This document shows positions 42,768-54,459 of a stretch of DNA of 64,000 nt, piece after piece. A model generated the notes under the pieces. The model saw only the letters and a list, made by a program, of their open reading frames with translations. It searched no databases and was not told the origin of the DNA. The stretch's first letter is position 1, and the number at the start of each line of letters is the position of its first letter. Source of the stretch: Candidatus Spongiisociaceae bacterium (GTDB taxonomy: Bacteria; Actinomycetota; Acidimicrobiia; Spongiisociales; Spongiisociaceae); the NCBI GenBank assembly GCA_965202665.1, contig OZ241841.1, positions 1,996,189-2,060,188 on the forward strand, written 5' to 3'. The position numbers and the translations under genes are program-made.

Positions 42768-43601
42768 ATGCCGGTCCGAGGCCGCAAGCCCACTTCGCCC
42801 GGACGCCGCTTCCAGACGGTCTCCGATTTTGCCTCCGTCACCAAAGACAAGCCGGAGAAGTCGCTGCTGGCCAAGCAGAAGCGTTCTTCGGGCCGCAACA
42901 CCCACGGCCGCATCACCTCCCGGCATCGGGGCGGCGGCCACAAGCGCCGCTACCGGATCGTGGATTTCCGCCGGGAGAAGGACGCGGTTCCGGCCAAGGT
43001 GGCGGCGGTGGAATACGACCCCAACCGCAACGCCCGCCTCGCCCTGCTCCACTACTTGGACGGCGAAAAACGCTACATCCTGCATCCGGCGGGGGTGCAG
43101 GTGGGGGACATCTTGCAGTCCGGTTCCGGGGCCGAAATCCGGCCCGGCAACGCCCTGCCTTTGCGCAACATTCCGGCCGGGGCCATCGTGCACGCGGTGG
43201 AGTTGCGGCCGGGCGGGGGGGCCAAGATGGTCCGGTCGGCCGGGGCCGGGGCGCAGCTGATGTCCAAAGAGGCTGGGCGGGCCCTGTTGCGCCTGCCGTC
43301 CGGCGAGGTGCGCAATGTTCCTTTGGACTGCCGGGCCACCATAGGACAGGTGGGCAACGCCGAGGCCGAATTAATCAAAATCGGCAAAGCGGGCCGCAAC
43401 CGCTGGAAGGGGGTCCGCCCCCAGACGCGGGGAGTGGCCATGAACCCGGTGGATCACCCGCTGGGCGGCGGCGAGGGCAAGTCCTCGGGCGGACGGCATC
43501 CGGTGTCCCCCTGGGGCAAGCCGGAGGGCCGCACCCGGGACCGCAACAAGGCCAGCAACCGGGACATCGTACGCAGGCGGACCCGAAAGCGCCGGAGGTA
43601 G
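42768..43601 (+). CDS. rplB: 50S ribosomal protein L2
   Basis: L2 similarity, 277 aa. Confidence 0.95.
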   Translation: MPVRGRKPTSPGRRFQTVSDFASVTKDKPEKSLLAKQKRSSGRNTHGRITSRHRGGGHKRRYRIVDFRREKDAVPAKVAAVEYDPNRNARLALLHYLDGEKRYILHPAGVQVGDILQSGSGAEIRPGNALPLRNIPAGAIVHAVELRPGGGAKMVRSAGAGAQLMSKEAGRALLRLPSGEVRNVPLDCRATIGQVGNAEAELIKIGKAGRNRWKGVRPQTRGVAMNPVDHPLGGGEGKSSGGRHPVSPWGKPEGRTRDRNKASNRDIVRRRTRKRRR

Positions 43602-43604
43602 GAA

Positions 43605-43886
43605 ATGGCCCGCAGTCTCAAAAAAGGCCCCTTCGTGGACGGTCATTTGCTCCGCAAGGTGGAGGCCCTCAACCGCAGCGGCCAAAAGAACGTCATCCGC
43701 ACTTGGAGCCGGCGCAGCACCATCATCCCCGATATGGTGGGTCACATCATCGCCGTGCACGACGGCCGCAAGCACGTGCCGGTTTACATTTCCGAGTCCA
43801 TGGTGGGGCACAAATTGGGCGAGTTCGCCCCCACCCGCACATTTCGCGGCCACGCCGGGAGCAAAGAGAAGGCGGCCGGAAGATGA
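43605..43886 (+). CDS. rpsS: 30S ribosomal protein S19
   Basis: [16 protein letters not shown]... Confidence 0.95.
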   Translation: MARSLKKGPFVDGHLLRKVEALNRSGQKNVIRTWSRRSTIIPDMVGHIIAVHDGRKHVPVYISESMVGHKLGEFAPTRTFRGHAGSKEKAAGR

Positions 43887-44248
43887 GGGCCGTCGCCCAC
43901 GCCCGCTATATTCGCCAGTCGCCCTACAAGGTGCGTTTGGTGCTGGATCAGGTGCGGGGGCGCCCGGCGTCCGAGGCGCGGACGGCCCTGCGCTTCTCCA
44001 ACCGCCGCGCCGCCGGCCCTATCTTGAAATGCCTGGATTCGGCCATCGCCAACCTCAACTCCAAGTTTGATCTGGGGCAGGACGTGGATTCTCTGGCCGG
44101 CGAAGTGAGGGTGGAGGAGGCTTACGCCGGCGAGGGGCCGACCCTGAAAAGGTTCCGTCCCCGGGCCCGGGGGCGGGCCGCCCGCATCCGCAAGCGCACC
44201 AGCCATATCACGATTGTGGTTTCCGATGAACGGGAGGAGAGGGAATAG
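43883..44248 (+). CDS. rplV: 50S ribosomal protein L22
   Basis: Internal ATG overlapping the rpsS stop; [20 protein letters not shown]... Confidence 0.9.
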   Translation: MRAVAHARYIRQSPYKVRLVLDQVRGRPASEARTALRFSNRRAAGPILKCLDSAIANLNSKFDLGQDVDSLAGEVRVEEAYAGEGPTLKRFRPRARGRAARIRKRTSHITIVVSDEREERE

Positions 44249-45279
44249 TGGGGCAGAAAACCCACCCGTACGGGTTCCGTTTGGGCATCGTCACTGACTG
44301 GAAGTCGCGTTGGTTCTCCAACAAGGAATACCAGGACCTGGCCAATCAGGATTATCAGATCCGCGACTACCTGTGGCGGGAGTTGGCGCGGGGGGCGGTG
44401 TCCCGCATCGATGTGGAACGCACCCGCGACAAGCTGGTGGTGGAGGTGCACACCGCCCGTCCCGGGGTGGTGATCGGACGCAAAGGGGCGGAGGCGGACC
44501 GCATCCGCAACGGTTTGGAGAAGATGGCGGGCCAACCGGTGAAGTTGAACGTGGTGGAGGTGAAAGAGCCCGACTCCGACGCCCTGTTGCTGGCCCGGGG
44601 AGTGGCCGACCAGTTGGAGAACCGGGTGGCTTTCCGCCGGGCTATGAAACGGGCGGTGCAGACGGCGCTGACCGCCGGGGCGGAAGGGGTGCGCGTGGAA
44701 TGCTCGGGCCGCCTGGGCGGGGCCGATATGGGACGCCGGGAATGGTACCGGGAGGGACGGGTGCCTTTGCATACCCTGCGGGCCGACATTGACTACGGCC
44801 GGGCCACGGCCCGCACCACGGTGGGGGCCATCGGCGTCAAAGTGTGGGTCTACAAGGGGGATCTGGTTTCTTCTTTGAAGACCACCCGCGAGAAAATCGC
44901 CGCTGAGGCGGCCCTGGCCGCGGGCGGTCCCGCCGGACGGGTGATTTCGGCCAAGAGCCGGGCCGAGCAACGCACCGGCGAACGCAAGACCCCCCGCGTC
45001 ATCGAAGCGGGGGGCGGCAAGCGCCTGATCGAAGCGGGCGGCGGCCGCAAGGTGACCGCGGCCGAGGCCCGTTCCGAATACCGGGAGGCGGTGGAGGATC
45101 AAGAGGAGAAACTGGACATCCTGTCCGACTCCGGGGCCGATGAGGCGGGCGACTCTGATGCCGGGGAGCATACCCCGGAGGAGAGGGTCGGGGCGCCGGG
45201 TGATGGGACGGCGCCCGCCGACGGGACGGCCGAGGATTCGGATCCCCCCTCCTCCGAGGCGGGCGGGGAGGAAGAATAA
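44248..45279 (+). CDS. rpsC: 30S ribosomal protein S3, with long acidic C-terminal extension
   Basis: S3 KH/S3-C core plus a ~100-aa extension. Confidence 0.9.
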   Translation: MGQKTHPYGFRLGIVTDWKSRWFSNKEYQDLANQDYQIRDYLWRELARGAVSRIDVERTRDKLVVEVHTARPGVVIGRKGAEADRIRNGLEKMAGQPVKLNVVEVKEPDSDALLLARGVADQLENRVAFRRAMKRAVQTALTAGAEGVRVECSGRLGGADMGRREWYREGRVPLHTLRADIDYGRATARTTVGAIGVKVWVYKGDLVSSLKTTREKIAAEAALAAGGPAGRVISAKSRAEQRTGERKTPRVIEAGGGKRLIEAGGGRKVTAAEARSEYREAVEDQEEKLDILSDSGADEAGDSDAGEHTPEERVGAPGDGTAPADGTAEDSDPPSSEAGGEEE

Positions 45280-45692
45280 TGTTGATGCCCAAACGCACCA
45301 AGTACCGCAAGGTGCACCGGGGCCGCATGCGGGGCTACGCCAAGGGCGGGTCCGCCGTTTCCTTCGGCGACTACGGGATCCAGGCCTTGGAGCCGGGGCA
45401 CATCACCGCCCGCCAGATCGAGTCGGCCCGGGTGGCCATCACCCGCACCGTGCGACGGGGCGGCAAGGTGTGGATAAATATTTTCCCGGACAAGCCGATG
45501 ACGGCCAAACCGGCTGAGACCCGCATGGGATCCGGCAAAGGCAACCCCGAGTTCTGGGTGGCGGTGGTCAAACCGGGGCGGGTGATGATGGAGTTGTCCG
45601 GGGTGGGCGAGGATTTGGCCCGGGAGGCGATCCGCAAGGCGGGCCACAAGTTGCCCATCAAAACCAAGTTCGTGGTGAGGGAGACCGGATGA
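45279..45692 (+). CDS. rplP: 50S ribosomal protein L16
   Basis: [19 protein letters not shown]... Confidence 0.9.
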   Translation: MLMPKRTKYRKVHRGRMRGYAKGGSAVSFGDYGIQALEPGHITARQIESARVAITRTVRRGGKVWINIFPDKPMTAKPAETRMGSGKGNPEFWVAVVKPGRVMMELSGVGEDLAREAIRKAGHKLPIKTKFVVRETG

Positions 45693-46126
45693 AGACTTAC
45701 GAAGCGCGCGAGATGACCTATGCGGAGCTGGTCGAAAAGTTGGAGGAGGCCAAGGATGACCTGTTCAACCTGCGCTTCCAGCTGGCGGTCAGCCAATCCG
45801 ACAACACCGCCCGCTTGGGCGAGTTGCGCCGGGACATCGCCCGCATGAGAACCGTGCTCAACGAATGGGAGCGGGACGGCCGCCCCCTCGGCTACGAAGA
45901 GGGGGAATATGAATGGGAGTCCCCGCCAGTCGACGAAACCGACGCCGAATTCCCAGAGGAGGAAGAAGCGGCGGCGGAGGAGGAGGATGCAGGGCCGATT
46001 CTGGAGGAGGAGACGGCGGCCGCTCCGTCCGATGAGCAAGAAGAGCAGGATGATGATTCCGTCGAGGAGCAAGCGGAGGAGGATGCCAAGCCCCGCCGCC
46101 GCTGGGGCAGGCGGAGTAAGAAATGA
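45689..46126 (+). CDS. rpmC: 50S ribosomal protein L29, with ~80-aa acidic C-terminal extension
   Basis: L29 core (first ~65 aa) plus an E/D-rich tail. Confidence 0.85.
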   Translation: MKTYEAREMTYAELVEKLEEAKDDLFNLRFQLAVSQSDNTARLGELRRDIARMRTVLNEWERDGRPLGYEEGEYEWESPPVDETDAEFPEEEEAAAEEEDAGPILEEETAAAPSDEQEEQDDDSVEEQAEEDAKPRRRWGRRSKK

Positions 46127-46386
46127 ACCAGGCTTCGCGTCCCCGCCGCAAGACCCGCACCGGGATAGTCATTTCCAACGCCCGGGACAAAACGGTCACC
46201 GTGCAGGTGAGGCGCGCCACCCGCCACCCCCGTTACGGCAAGATCGTGCCCGCTTTTAAAAACTTCCACGCCCATGACGAGGACAACGAATCCCGGGTGG
46301 GGGACCGGGTGCGCATCGTGGAAACCCGTCCCCTGTCCAAGACCAAGCGCTGGCGGGTGGCGGAGATTGTGGAGCGAGCCCGATGA
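46123..46386 (+). CDS. rpsQ: 30S ribosomal protein S17
   Basis: S17 similarity. Confidence 0.9.
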   Translation: MNQASRPRRKTRTGIVISNARDKTVTVQVRRATRHPRYGKIVPAFKNFHAHDEDNESRVGDRVRIVETRPLSKTKRWRVAEIVERAR

Positions 46387-46751
46387 TCGGACAGGAGTCC
46401 CGTCTCAAAGTGGCCGACAACAGCGGCGCCCGGGAGGTGCTATGCATCCGCGTGCTGGGCGGTTCCCGCCGTCGCTACGCCCGGGTGGGGGATATGATCG
46501 TGGCCACCGTCAAAGAGGCCTCCCCCGGTTCCAACGTGCGCAAAGGGGAGGTGGTGAGGGCGGTGGTGGTGCGCACCGCCAAAGAACAACGGCGCCGGGA
46601 CGGAACCTACATCCGGTTCGACGACAACGCCTGCGTGTTGCTCAACGACCAGCGCCTGCCGCGCGGCACCCGCATTTTCGGCCCGGTGGCCCGCGAGTTG
46701 CGCGACCGGCGGTTCATGCGCATCGTTTCGCTGGCCCCGGAGGTGCTGTGA
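46383..46751 (+). CDS. rplN: 50S ribosomal protein L14
   Basis: [27 protein letters not shown]... Confidence 0.95.
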   Translation: MIGQESRLKVADNSGAREVLCIRVLGGSRRRYARVGDMIVATVKEASPGSNVRKGEVVRAVVVRTAKEQRRRDGTYIRFDDNACVLLNDQRLPRGTRIFGPVARELRDRRFMRIVSLAPEVL

Positions 46752-47056
46752 TGGCCGTTCGGGAAGGAGACCGGGTGATGGTGATCACCGGCAAGGACAA
46801 GGGACGGGAGTCCCGCGTGTCTAGGGTCATCCCCGATCGGGGGCAGGTAATCGTGGAAGGGGTGAACGTGGTGAAGCGCCACCAACGTTCCACCGGCCGC
46901 ACCCTGCAGGCGGGGATCATCGAAAAGAACATGCCCATTGACATTTCCAACGTGATGCTGATGTGCCCGGAGTGCGGCCCGGTGCGCACCGGGGCCGGTT
47001 TCGACGAAGCGGGAAACAAGTTCCGCCGGTGCGTGAAATGCGATCAGGAGATCTGA
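46751..47056 (+). CDS. rplX: 50S ribosomal protein L24, with C-terminal CxxC...CxxC zinc-ribbon-like tail
   Basis: KOW domain ([18 protein letters not shown]...), then CPECGPVRTG...RRCVKCD. Confidence 0.85.
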   Translation: MAVREGDRVMVITGKDKGRESRVSRVIPDRGQVIVEGVNVVKRHQRSTGRTLQAGIIEKNMPIDISNVMLMCPECGPVRTGAGFDEAGNKFRRCVKCDQEI

Positions 47057-47643
47057 TGGCGGACTCCGCAAACGGCCAAACTCCCCCGCCCCGTTTCAAA
47101 GTCCGTTACCGGGAGTTCGTGCACGCCCACCTGCAGGGGAAGCTGGGTTTGGACAACCCGATGCTGGTGCCCGACTTGGACAAGATAGTGGTCAACATGG
47201 GGGTGGGGGAGGCGGTGGCCGACGGCAAGCAGATCACCTCGGCCATGGAGGAGCTGGCGGTGATCACCGGTCAGAAGCCCCGCCTCAACCGGGCCAAACG
47301 TTCCATCGCCAACTTCAAAGTGCGGGCCGGCAATCCGGTGGGGGCGTCGGTCACCATGCGCGGCGACCGGGCTTGGGAGTTTCTGGATCGCCTGATTACC
47401 ATTTCCATACCCCGCATCCGCGATTTCCGGGGACTCAACCCGCGGGCTTTCGACGGACGGGGCAACTATTCTTTCGGGGTGAGCGAACAGCTCATTTTCC
47501 CGGAGGTTGATTACGACAAGGTGACGGCCGTGCGCGGCATGGACATCACCATATGCACCACCTCCGCCGACGACGAGGGGGCGGCCGCCTTTTTGGAAGC
47601 TTTCGGCTTTCCGTTCCGCGGTACCACCCCCACCGCGGTGTAG
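47056..47643 (+). CDS. rplE: 50S ribosomal protein L5
   Basis: L5 similarity; internal ATG overlapping the rplX stop. Confidence 0.9.
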   Translation: MADSANGQTPPPRFKVRYREFVHAHLQGKLGLDNPMLVPDLDKIVVNMGVGEAVADGKQITSAMEELAVITGQKPRLNRAKRSIANFKVRAGNPVGASVTMRGDRAWEFLDRLITISIPRIRDFRGLNPRAFDGRGNYSFGVSEQLIFPEVDYDKVTAVRGMDITICTTSADDEGAAAFLEAFGFPFRGTTPTAV

Positions 47644-47668
47644 GCGGACCGGGCAAGGAGAGCGCAAG

Positions 47669-47974
47669 ATGGCAAAAAAATCAATGATCGCCAAAAACAA
47701 GCGGCGCCAAGAGTTGGTTGCCCGCTACCGGGAGCGACGGTCCGAAGCGCTGGCCGTGATCAAGAACCCGGAAGCCTCTTTGGAGGACAAGCGGGAAGCC
47801 TATGACCTGATCGCCAAGATGCCCCGCGACGCCAGTCCCACCCGCAGCCGCAATCGGTGCCGGGTGAGCGGCCGGCCGCGCGGTTACCTGCGCCGCTTCG
47901 GCATGTCCCGGATTGCGGTGCGGGAGTTGGCCCATCGCGGCGAATTGCCGGGCGTGGTCAAGTCCTCCTGGTAA
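47669..47974 (+). CDS. rpsN: 30S ribosomal protein S14 (long, zinc-free form)
   Basis: 101 aa, no Cys quartet. Confidence 0.9.
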   Translation: MAKKSMIAKNKRRQELVARYRERRSEALAVIKNPEASLEDKREAYDLIAKMPRDASPTRSRNRCRVSGRPRGYLRRFGMSRIAVRELAHRGELPGVVKSSW

Positions 47975-47999
47975 GGCGACGGGCAAGGAGAGAAGCGAC

Positions 48000-48401
48000 A
48001 TGATGACCGACCCCATCGCCGACATGCTCACCCGCATCCGCAACGGCAACCAGGCTTTGCACAAGGTGGTGACCATGCCCTCCTCTAAAATGAAGGAGGA
48101 GATCGCCAAATTGCTGGCCTTCGAGGGCTATGTGGACGGATACGACGTTTCCCCCGCCCCCCAGGGCAAGGAGCTCAGCATCCGCCTCAAATACACCGGC
48201 CGCTCCGACCGGGACCCCATCTTGCGCGGCTTGCGCCGGATTTCCAGCCCCGGCCGTCGCATCTACCAGGGGGCGGGCGAACTGCCCCGTTCCCAGGGCG
48301 GCCTGGGCACCATCGTGGTGTCCACCTCCGAGGGACTGATGTCCGACCGGGAGGCCCGCCGCCGCCGGCTGGGCGGCGAGATAGTTTGCGAAGTTTGGTG
48401 A
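48000..48401 (+). CDS. rpsH: 30S ribosomal protein S8
   Basis: MMTDPIADMLTRIRNGN... Confidence 0.9.
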   Translation: MMTDPIADMLTRIRNGNQALHKVVTMPSSKMKEEIAKLLAFEGYVDGYDVSPAPQGKELSIRLKYTGRSDRDPILRGLRRISSPGRRIYQGAGELPRSQGGLGTIVVSTSEGLMSDREARRRRLGGEIVCEVW

Positions 48402-48426
48402 GCGGGGCGAGGGCGAGGAGCAACGG

Positions 48427-48978
48427 ATGAGCAGGATCGGACGGCTTCCCATTCCCATTCCCGACGGGGTGGAAGTGGAGGTCCGGGAGGGCGCCCGCCC
48501 CCGAGTGACCGTCACCGGTCCGAGGGGGGCGTTGGAACGCACCTTCGGCGAGCGGGTGGCGGTGACCGTGCGGGACGGACAGTGCCTGGTGACCCGCATG
48601 AACGACGAAGCCCCCTCCCGCGCCCATCACGGCCTGACCAGGGCCCTGCTCAACAACATGATCATCGGGGTTTCCCAAGGCTACAGCAAGACTTTGAAGA
48701 TCGTGGGGGTGGGCTACCGGGCGTCCGCCAAAGACGGAGGATTGGATATTCAGATCGGTTTCAGCCACAATGTGGAGGTTTCCGGCGTGGAGGGAGTGGA
48801 ATTCGACGTTCCCGATCCCACCACCATCATCGTGAAAGGCCGCGACAAGGAGTTGGTGGGCCAAGTGGCGGCCGACATTCGCAAAATCCGCCCCCCCGAG
48901 CCCTACAAGGGCAAGGGCATCCGCTACGAGAACGAATACGTGCGACGCAAGGGCGGCAAGACGGGAGTGACCACCTAA
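48427..48978 (+). CDS. rplF: 50S ribosomal protein L6
   Basis: L6 similarity. Confidence 0.9.
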   Translation: MSRIGRLPIPIPDGVEVEVREGARPRVTVTGPRGALERTFGERVAVTVRDGQCLVTRMNDEAPSRAHHGLTRALLNNMIIGVSQGYSKTLKIVGVGYRASAKDGGLDIQIGFSHNVEVSGVEGVEFDVPDPTTIIVKGRDKELVGQVAADIRKIRPPEPYKGKGIRYENEYVRRKGGKTGVTT

Positions 48979-49346
48979 TGAGCGACATCCAAATTTCCCG
49001 CCGGCGCCGCCTGGGACGACTGCGCCGCCACCGGCGGGTGCGCAAGGGCCTGTCGGGCGCCGCCGACCGCCCCAGGTTGGCCGTGTTCCGCAGCAACCGT
49101 TACATTTACGCCCAAGTGATCGATGACTCCTCCGGGCGTACTTTGGCCGCCGCTTCCTCCCAGGAATCGGATTTGCGGGAACGCACCCTCACCGTGCAGA
49201 CCGCTTCCGCGGTCGGGACGTTGCTGGCCGAGCGGGCGGCCGCGGCCGGCGTGGAGCGGGTGGTGTTCGATCGGGGCGGTTACGCCTATCACGGCCGGGT
49301 GAAAGCCTTGGCCCAAGCAGCCCGGGAGGCCGGCCTTGACTTCTAG
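48978..49346 (+). CDS. rplR: 50S ribosomal protein L18
   Basis: Internal ATG of ORF 48582..49346, overlapping the rplF stop. Confidence 0.9.
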   Translation: MSDIQISRRRRLGRLRRHRRVRKGLSGAADRPRLAVFRSNRYIYAQVIDDSSGRTLAAASSQESDLRERTLTVQTASAVGTLLAERAAAAGVERVVFDRGGYAYHGRVKALAQAAREAGLDF

Positions 49347-49890
49347 AAGAGATTCCCAGCCCGGCGCCCCCTACGACGAGCGGGTGGTGCAGATCAACCG
49401 GGTGGCCAAGGTGGTGAAAGGCGGGCGCCGGTTTTCATTCACCGCCCTGGTGGTGGTGGGGGACGGTGAAGGACGGGTGGGGGTCGGCTACGGCAAAGCC
49501 AAGGAGGTGCCGTCCGCCATTCAGAAGGGGATCGAGGCGGCCCGCCGGGCCATGTTCACCGTTCCCATGGCGGGCACCACCATCATCCACGAGGTGATGG
49601 GACGGCAGGGGGCGTCGCGGGTGTTGCTCAAGCCCGCCTCCCCCGGCACCGGGGTGATCGCCGGTGCGGCGGTGCGCCAGATTCTGGAAGCGGCCGGGGT
49701 GCGGGACGTCTTGGGCAAGTCGCTGGGTTCGCCCACCCACTTGAACGTGGCCAAAGCCACGGTCAACGCCTTGCGCTCCCAGTTGCGCCCGGAGGAGGTG
49801 GCGGCCGCCCGGGGCAAAACGCCGGAGGAGGTGACCCCTCCCGCCCTGCTGGCCGCCTACCGCTCAGCTGAGATGGCCCGGGCCGACTGA
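49336..49890 (+). CDS. rpsE: 30S ribosomal protein S5
   Basis: [25 protein letters not shown]...; TTG start. Confidence 0.9.
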   Translation: MTSRRDSQPGAPYDERVVQINRVAKVVKGGRRFSFTALVVVGDGEGRVGVGYGKAKEVPSAIQKGIEAARRAMFTVPMAGTTIIHEVMGRQGASRVLLKPASPGTGVIAGAAVRQILEAAGVRDVLGKSLGSPTHLNVAKATVNALRSQLRPEEVAAARGKTPEEVTPPALLAAYRSAEMARAD

Positions 49891-49913
49891 CGGCGGGAGA
49901 AAGAGGTTTCCCG

Positions 49914-50123
49914 ATGGCCGAAAAGTCACCCGCCCCATCCGGCAGGTTGCGCATAACTTTGCGGCGCAGCCTGATCGGGGAAAAGCCCAAAACCCGGGCC
50001 ACGGTGCGCGGTTTGGGCCTGCGCCGCATTGATTCCGTCGTGGAGCACGCCGACACCCCCGACGTCCGGGGCATGGTGCGGCGGGTCATCCACCTAGTGG
50101 AAGTGGAAGAGGTTTCCCGGTGA
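49914..50123 (+). CDS. rpmD: 50S ribosomal protein L30
   Basis: 69 aa, L30 similarity. Confidence 0.85.
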   Translation: MAEKSPAPSGRLRITLRRSLIGEKPKTRATVRGLGLRRIDSVVEHADTPDVRGMVRRVIHLVEVEEVSR

Positions 50124-50650
50124 ACGCCGAAGAGAACGCCGTGCCGGATTCCGCCGCCCCGCCGGAGGGGGAAGTAGCCGAAGAGGGGATCGCCGGGGGG
50201 AGGGGCGGCCAGTTGAAACTCCATCATCTGCGCCCGGCCCCCGGCTCCAAGCGCCGCAAGATACGGGTGGGCCGGGGGGAGTCGGGACGGCGCGGCAAAA
50301 CCGCCGGGCGGGGCATGAAGGGCCGCCTGGCCCGGGGCAAGATGCGCCCCGGCTTTGAAGGGGGCCAGACCCCGCTCCAGTCCCGCATTCCCCACTTGCG
50401 CGGTTTCAAGCCGGTCAACCGGCGGGAGTTTACGGTGGTCAATGTGGACGACCTCCGCGTTTTTCAAAAGGATTCGGCGGTGTCGGTGGACGACCTGCGC
50501 GACCAGGGCTTGGCCCGCAAACGGGGCCGGGTGAAGGTGCTGGGCCGGGGGGAGTTGGACAAACCGCTGGTGGTGCAGGCGCACGCCTTCAGCGCCTCGG
50601 CCCGGGCCAAGATCGAAGCGGCCGGCGGCCAATGCGAAGTCGTGGAATGA
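50120..50650 (+). CDS. rplO: 50S ribosomal protein L15
   Basis: L15 similarity. The GTG at 50120 overlaps the rpmD stop. An in-frame TTG at 50213 would give the canonical [14 protein letters not shown]-terminus (145 aa), so the start is uncertain. Confidence 0.85.
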   Translation: MNAEENAVPDSAAPPEGEVAEEGIAGGRGGQLKLHHLRPAPGSKRRKIRVGRGESGRRGKTAGRGMKGRLARGKMRPGFEGGQTPLQSRIPHLRGFKPVNRREFTVVNVDDLRVFQKDSAVSVDDLRDQGLARKRGRVKVLGRGELDKPLVVQAHAFSASARAKIEAAGGQCEVVE

Positions 50651-50684
50651 CCGGTCGGCCGATGTTTCATCCGGAGGCGGCGGG

Positions 50685-52007
50685 ATGCTGAGCGTTTACC
50701 GTTACATGTTCCAGATCCCCGATTTGCGGGGAAAGATTTTCTTCACGCTGGCCATCTTCGCCATTTACCGGTTCGGGGCGGCGGTTCCGGTGCCGGGGGT
50801 GGAGCTGGATCGCCTGGAACTGCTGGCCGGTCAAACGCAGGGGGGCGCGTTGGGCCTGCTCAACCTGTTTTCCGGCAACGCGTTGGAGAACCTGTCGGTG
50901 TTCAGCCTGGGGGTTATTCCCTACATAACCGCCTCCATCATCATGCAGTTGCTGACGGTGGTCATCCCCAAACTGCAGAAATTGCAGGAGGAGGGGCAGT
51001 CGGGGCGGGAGGTGATCACCAAATGGACCCGGATCGTGACCGTGGTGCTGGCCCTGCTCCAGTCCACCGGCCTCACTTTCCTGTTCAGCCGGGAGACCAG
51101 TTTCACCGGCGGGGTGGTGGTCATCCCCGACTACACCCCCACCCGGGTGATGATCATGGTTATCACGATGACCGCCGGCACCGCCTTTGTGATGTGGCTG
51201 GGCGAGCTGATTACGCAACGGGGGGTGGGCAACGGGATGTCGCTTTTGATTTTCATCAGCATCGTGGCCGCCCTCCCCAGCCAGTTTTCCCTTATCTGGC
51301 AGTACACGGTTCCCAACGGCCAGACGATTATTTTCGCGCTCATCCTGGTCCTGTTTTTGGCCATGACGGTGGGCATAATTTTCGTGGAGCAAGGGCAACG
51401 GCGAATACCCATCCAGTTCGCCAAACGCATCCGGGGGCGGCGGGTGATGGGCGGCCAAAGCACCTACATTCCGCTCAAAATCAACATGGCGGGGGTGATC
51501 CCGGTGATCTTCGCCACCTCCATTCTGTTTTTCCCGGTCATCCTGTCCACCTCCCTGCCCGCCGCGGGCGGTTTCTTCGCCGGCATGCGCGATTTCGTAA
51601 ACCGGCACCTGTCCCCGTCCGGCTTTGAAACCGGCGCCACCAGCTGGGCGTACATCGGGGTGCTCTTTTTCCTGATCGTGTTCTTCACCTACTTCTACAC
51701 TTCCATCCAGTTTGATCCGGTGCGGCAGTCGGAGATGATCCAGCGCCAAGGCGGGTTCATTCCCGGCCAGCGCCCCGGCCAGCAGACCTCCCGCTACCTG
51801 TCCCGCATCCTGTACCGCATCACCCTGCCCGGCTCCATTTTCCTGGGGCTGATTTCGGTGTTGCCCGCCATCGCCTCCGCCATCTGGGAGATCCCGGTCG
51901 GGTTCTCCGGTGTGTCCATCCTGATCGTGGTGGGGGTGGCTTTGGAGACGATGAAGCAGATCGAAAGCCAGATCACGATGCGCAACTACGAGGGGTTCCT
52001 GACTTGA
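50685..52007 (+). CDS. secY: preprotein translocase subunit SecY
   Basis: 440 aa, SecY similarity. Confidence 0.95.
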   Translation: MLSVYRYMFQIPDLRGKIFFTLAIFAIYRFGAAVPVPGVELDRLELLAGQTQGGALGLLNLFSGNALENLSVFSLGVIPYITASIIMQLLTVVIPKLQKLQEEGQSGREVITKWTRIVTVVLALLQSTGLTFLFSRETSFTGGVVVIPDYTPTRVMIMVITMTAGTAFVMWLGELITQRGVGNGMSLLIFISIVAALPSQFSLIWQYTVPNGQTIIFALILVLFLAMTVGIIFVEQGQRRIPIQFAKRIRGRRVMGGQSTYIPLKINMAGVIPVIFATSILFFPVILSTSLPAAGGFFAGMRDFVNRHLSPSGFETGATSWAYIGVLFFLIVFFTYFYTSIQFDPVRQSEMIQRQGGFIPGQRPGQQTSRYLSRILYRITLPGSIFLGLISVLPAIASAIWEIPVGFSGVSILIVVGVALETMKQIESQITMRNYEGFLT

Positions 52008-52018
52008 ACGTTCCCGGC

Positions 52019-52564
52019 ATGAGGTTGATCTTCCTGGGGGCCCCTGGGGCCGGCAAGGGCACCCAGGCGGAGCGCACCGCGGCCTCTTTGGGCGTCCCGC
52101 ACATTTCCACCGGCGATATTTTCCGCCGGAACATGGCCGACGGCACACCGCTGGGCCGGCGGGTGCGGGAAATCGTGGAAGGGGGGGGCCTGGTCCCCGA
52201 TGAGATCACCACGCAACTGGTCGTCGACCGGCTCGCCCAGCCGGACGCCCTCTCCGGTTTCATCCTGGACGGATTCCCCCGCACCCTGGGCCAGGCCCGC
52301 GCTTTGGAGGAGGCGCTGGGCGATGAGGAGTTGCGGGCGGTGGTGGCTTTGGAGGTACCCTCCGATGAGTTGGTGCGGCGCATGCTGGCCCGGGGCCGGG
52401 CCGACGACTCCGAGGAGTCCATCCGCCGCCGCTTGCGGGTGTACGCCGAGGAGACGGAGCCGTTGATCGGCTTTTACCGGGACCGCGGTCTTTTGGTCGG
52501 AGTGTCGGGGATGGGCGGGCTTGAGGAGATCGCCGACCGCATTTTGGCGGGCCTCGGCGTCTGA
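52019..52564 (+). CDS. adk: adenylate kinase
   Basis: MRLIFLGAPGAGKGTQ P-loop. ATG at 52019 preferred over the TTG at 52004 that overlaps the secY stop. Confidence 0.9.
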   Translation: MRLIFLGAPGAGKGTQAERTAASLGVPHISTGDIFRRNMADGTPLGRRVREIVEGGGLVPDEITTQLVVDRLAQPDALSGFILDGFPRTLGQARALEEALGDEELRAVVALEVPSDELVRRMLARGRADDSEESIRRRLRVYAEETEPLIGFYRDRGLLVGVSGMGGLEEIADRILAGLGV

Positions 52565-52594
52565 ATACGGGGCCGTCCGCAGGTCGTAAGTCCG

Positions 52595-53368
52595 ATGATC
52601 ACCATCAAAAACCGCTCCGAGTTCGCCAAGATGGCGGAGGCCGGGGCGTGCGTGGCGGCGGTGCATGAGGCGGTGGCGGAGGCGGCCGGGGCGGGAGTGT
52701 CCCTGGAATTCCTGGATCAGGTGGCGGCCAAAGTGATCCGCTCCCGCGGTTGCCGGCCTTCTTTTTTGGGCTACCGGGGTTTCCCCGCCAATATTTGCGC
52801 TTCTCCCAACCAGGTGGTGGTGCACGGCATCCCCAACGGTTATCGTTTGGCGGAGGGCGACGTGCTGTCCATCGACGCCGGGGCCGTCTACGAGGGCTAT
52901 CACGGGGACGCGGCCATCACCATCGGCATCGGGGAGATCTCCCCGGAGGCGGAGCGACTGTTGGAATACACCCGGCGGGCCCTGTGGGCGGGGATCGATC
53001 AGACGGTGGCCGGGGCCCGCACCGGCGACATCGGGCATGCGGTGGAGATGGTGGGCGACGCCCAAGGTTACGGGGTGGTGCGCAACTACGTGGGGCACGG
53101 CATCGGGCGGGCCATGCACGAAAGCCCCCAGGTTCCCAACTACGGCCCCCCCGGCAAAGGAGTGCGCCTGAGAACCGGGATGGCCATCTGCATCGAACCG
53201 ATGTTCAATCTGGGAACCGCGGAGACGGTTCTGCAGGAGGACGGCTGGACGGTGGTCACCGCCGACTCCCATATTTCCGCCCATTTTGAGCATACGGTGG
53301 CCTTGACCGAGGACGGCCCGCAGGTGTTCACCGTCAGCGATTTGCTTTCCGCCCGCCCGAATGGCTAG
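52595..53368 (+). CDS. map: type I methionine aminopeptidase
   Basis: 257 aa, MetAP similarity. Confidence 0.9.
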   Translation: MITIKNRSEFAKMAEAGACVAAVHEAVAEAAGAGVSLEFLDQVAAKVIRSRGCRPSFLGYRGFPANICASPNQVVVHGIPNGYRLAEGDVLSIDAGAVYEGYHGDAAITIGIGEISPEAERLLEYTRRALWAGIDQTVAGARTGDIGHAVEMVGDAQGYGVVRNYVGHGIGRAMHESPQVPNYGPPGKGVRLRTGMAICIEPMFNLGTAETVLQEDGWTVVTADSHISAHFEHTVALTEDGPQVFTVSDLLSARPNG

Positions 53369-53515
53369 AATAATGATTCGGTCGCGGCGCCGGTCCCGGC
53401 GGGCCCGTTCGCGTCCGTTATGTTCGCGCAACCACAAGTTCCGCCTGGGCGGGAGCTTGTCCCGCCGCGGACAAAGTTAGCCGAAGACCAGCCGAACAAC
53501 CCGGGAGACGGGGAA

Positions 53516-53629
53516 ATGAAAGTAAAGCCGTCCACCAAAAAAATGTGCGACAACTGCCGGATAATCCGCCGCCGGGGGCGGGTGTGGGTGGTGTGCTCCA
53601 ATCCCCGTCACAAGCAACGACAAGGCTGA
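53516..53629 (+). CDS. rpmJ: 50S ribosomal protein L36
   Basis: [37 protein letters not shown] (zinc ribbon); internal ATG of ORF 53420..53629. Confidence 0.85.
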   Translation: MKVKPSTKKMCDNCRIIRRRGRVWVVCSNPRHKQRQG

Positions 53630-53679
53630 GCGCCGGGTTGCGCTAAGCGAATCTAGAAACAAAGGGCCCGAGAAACAAC

Positions 53680-54060
53680 ATGGCACGCATCGCAGGAGTC
53701 GACCTTCCCCGCGCCAAGCGGCTGGAGATCGGCCTGACCTACATTTACGGGATCGGAATTTCCACTTCCCGCCGCGTCTGTTCCGAGTTGCGCATCAACC
53801 CCGACACCAAAGTGCAGGAGCTGTCGGATGAGGAGGTGGCGGCCATCCGCTCCTACATCCAGGGCAACCTGCGGGTGGAAGGGGATCTGCGCCGCAACGT
53901 CAACCAGAACATCAAGCGCAAAATGGAGATCGGCTGTTATCAGGGACTGCGCCACCGACGGGGTTTGCCGGTGCGCGGCCAGCGCACCCACACCAACGCC
54001 CGCACCCGCAAAGGACGGAGCATCGCCATCGCCGGCAAGAAGAAGGTGGTTAAGAAGTAA
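53680..54060 (+). CDS. rpsM: 30S ribosomal protein S13
   Basis: [26 protein letters not shown]... Confidence 0.9.
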   Translation: MARIAGVDLPRAKRLEIGLTYIYGIGISTSRRVCSELRINPDTKVQELSDEEVAAIRSYIQGNLRVEGDLRRNVNQNIKRKMEIGCYQGLRHRRGLPVRGQRTHTNARTRKGRSIAIAGKKKVVKK

Positions 54061-54449
54061 TGGCCGCCGCCCGCAAACGGACCCGTCGTCGGGAGCGCCG
54101 CAACCTCACGCGCGGTGCCGCCCACATCAAAGCCAGTTTCAACAACACCATCATCACCATCACCGACGTGAGCGGCAACACGGTGGCGTGGACTTCGGGC
54201 GGTTCGGTGGGTTTCAAAGGTTCCCGCAAGTCCACGCCCTACGCGGCCCAGGTGGCGGCCGAGGAAGCCACCCGCCGGGCCAACGAACACGGCATCCGCA
54301 AACTGGAGGTGATCGTGAGCGGCACCGGGACCGGCAAGGACACCGCGGTGCGAACCATGCAGAACCTGGGGATGGAAGTGACGCAGGTGCGGGACGTGAC
54401 GCCCGTTCCCCACAACGGTTGCCGCCCCAAAAAGCGGCGCCGGGGCTAG
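54060..54449 (+). CDS. rpsK: 30S ribosomal protein S11
   Basis: S11 similarity. Confidence 0.9.
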   Translation: MAAARKRTRRRERRNLTRGAAHIKASFNNTIITITDVSGNTVAWTSGGSVGFKGSRKSTPYAAQVAAEEATRRANEHGIRKLEVIVSGTGTGKDTAVRTMQNLGMEVTQVRDVTPVPHNGCRPKKRRRG

Positions 54450-54459
54450 GAGGCGGCAG

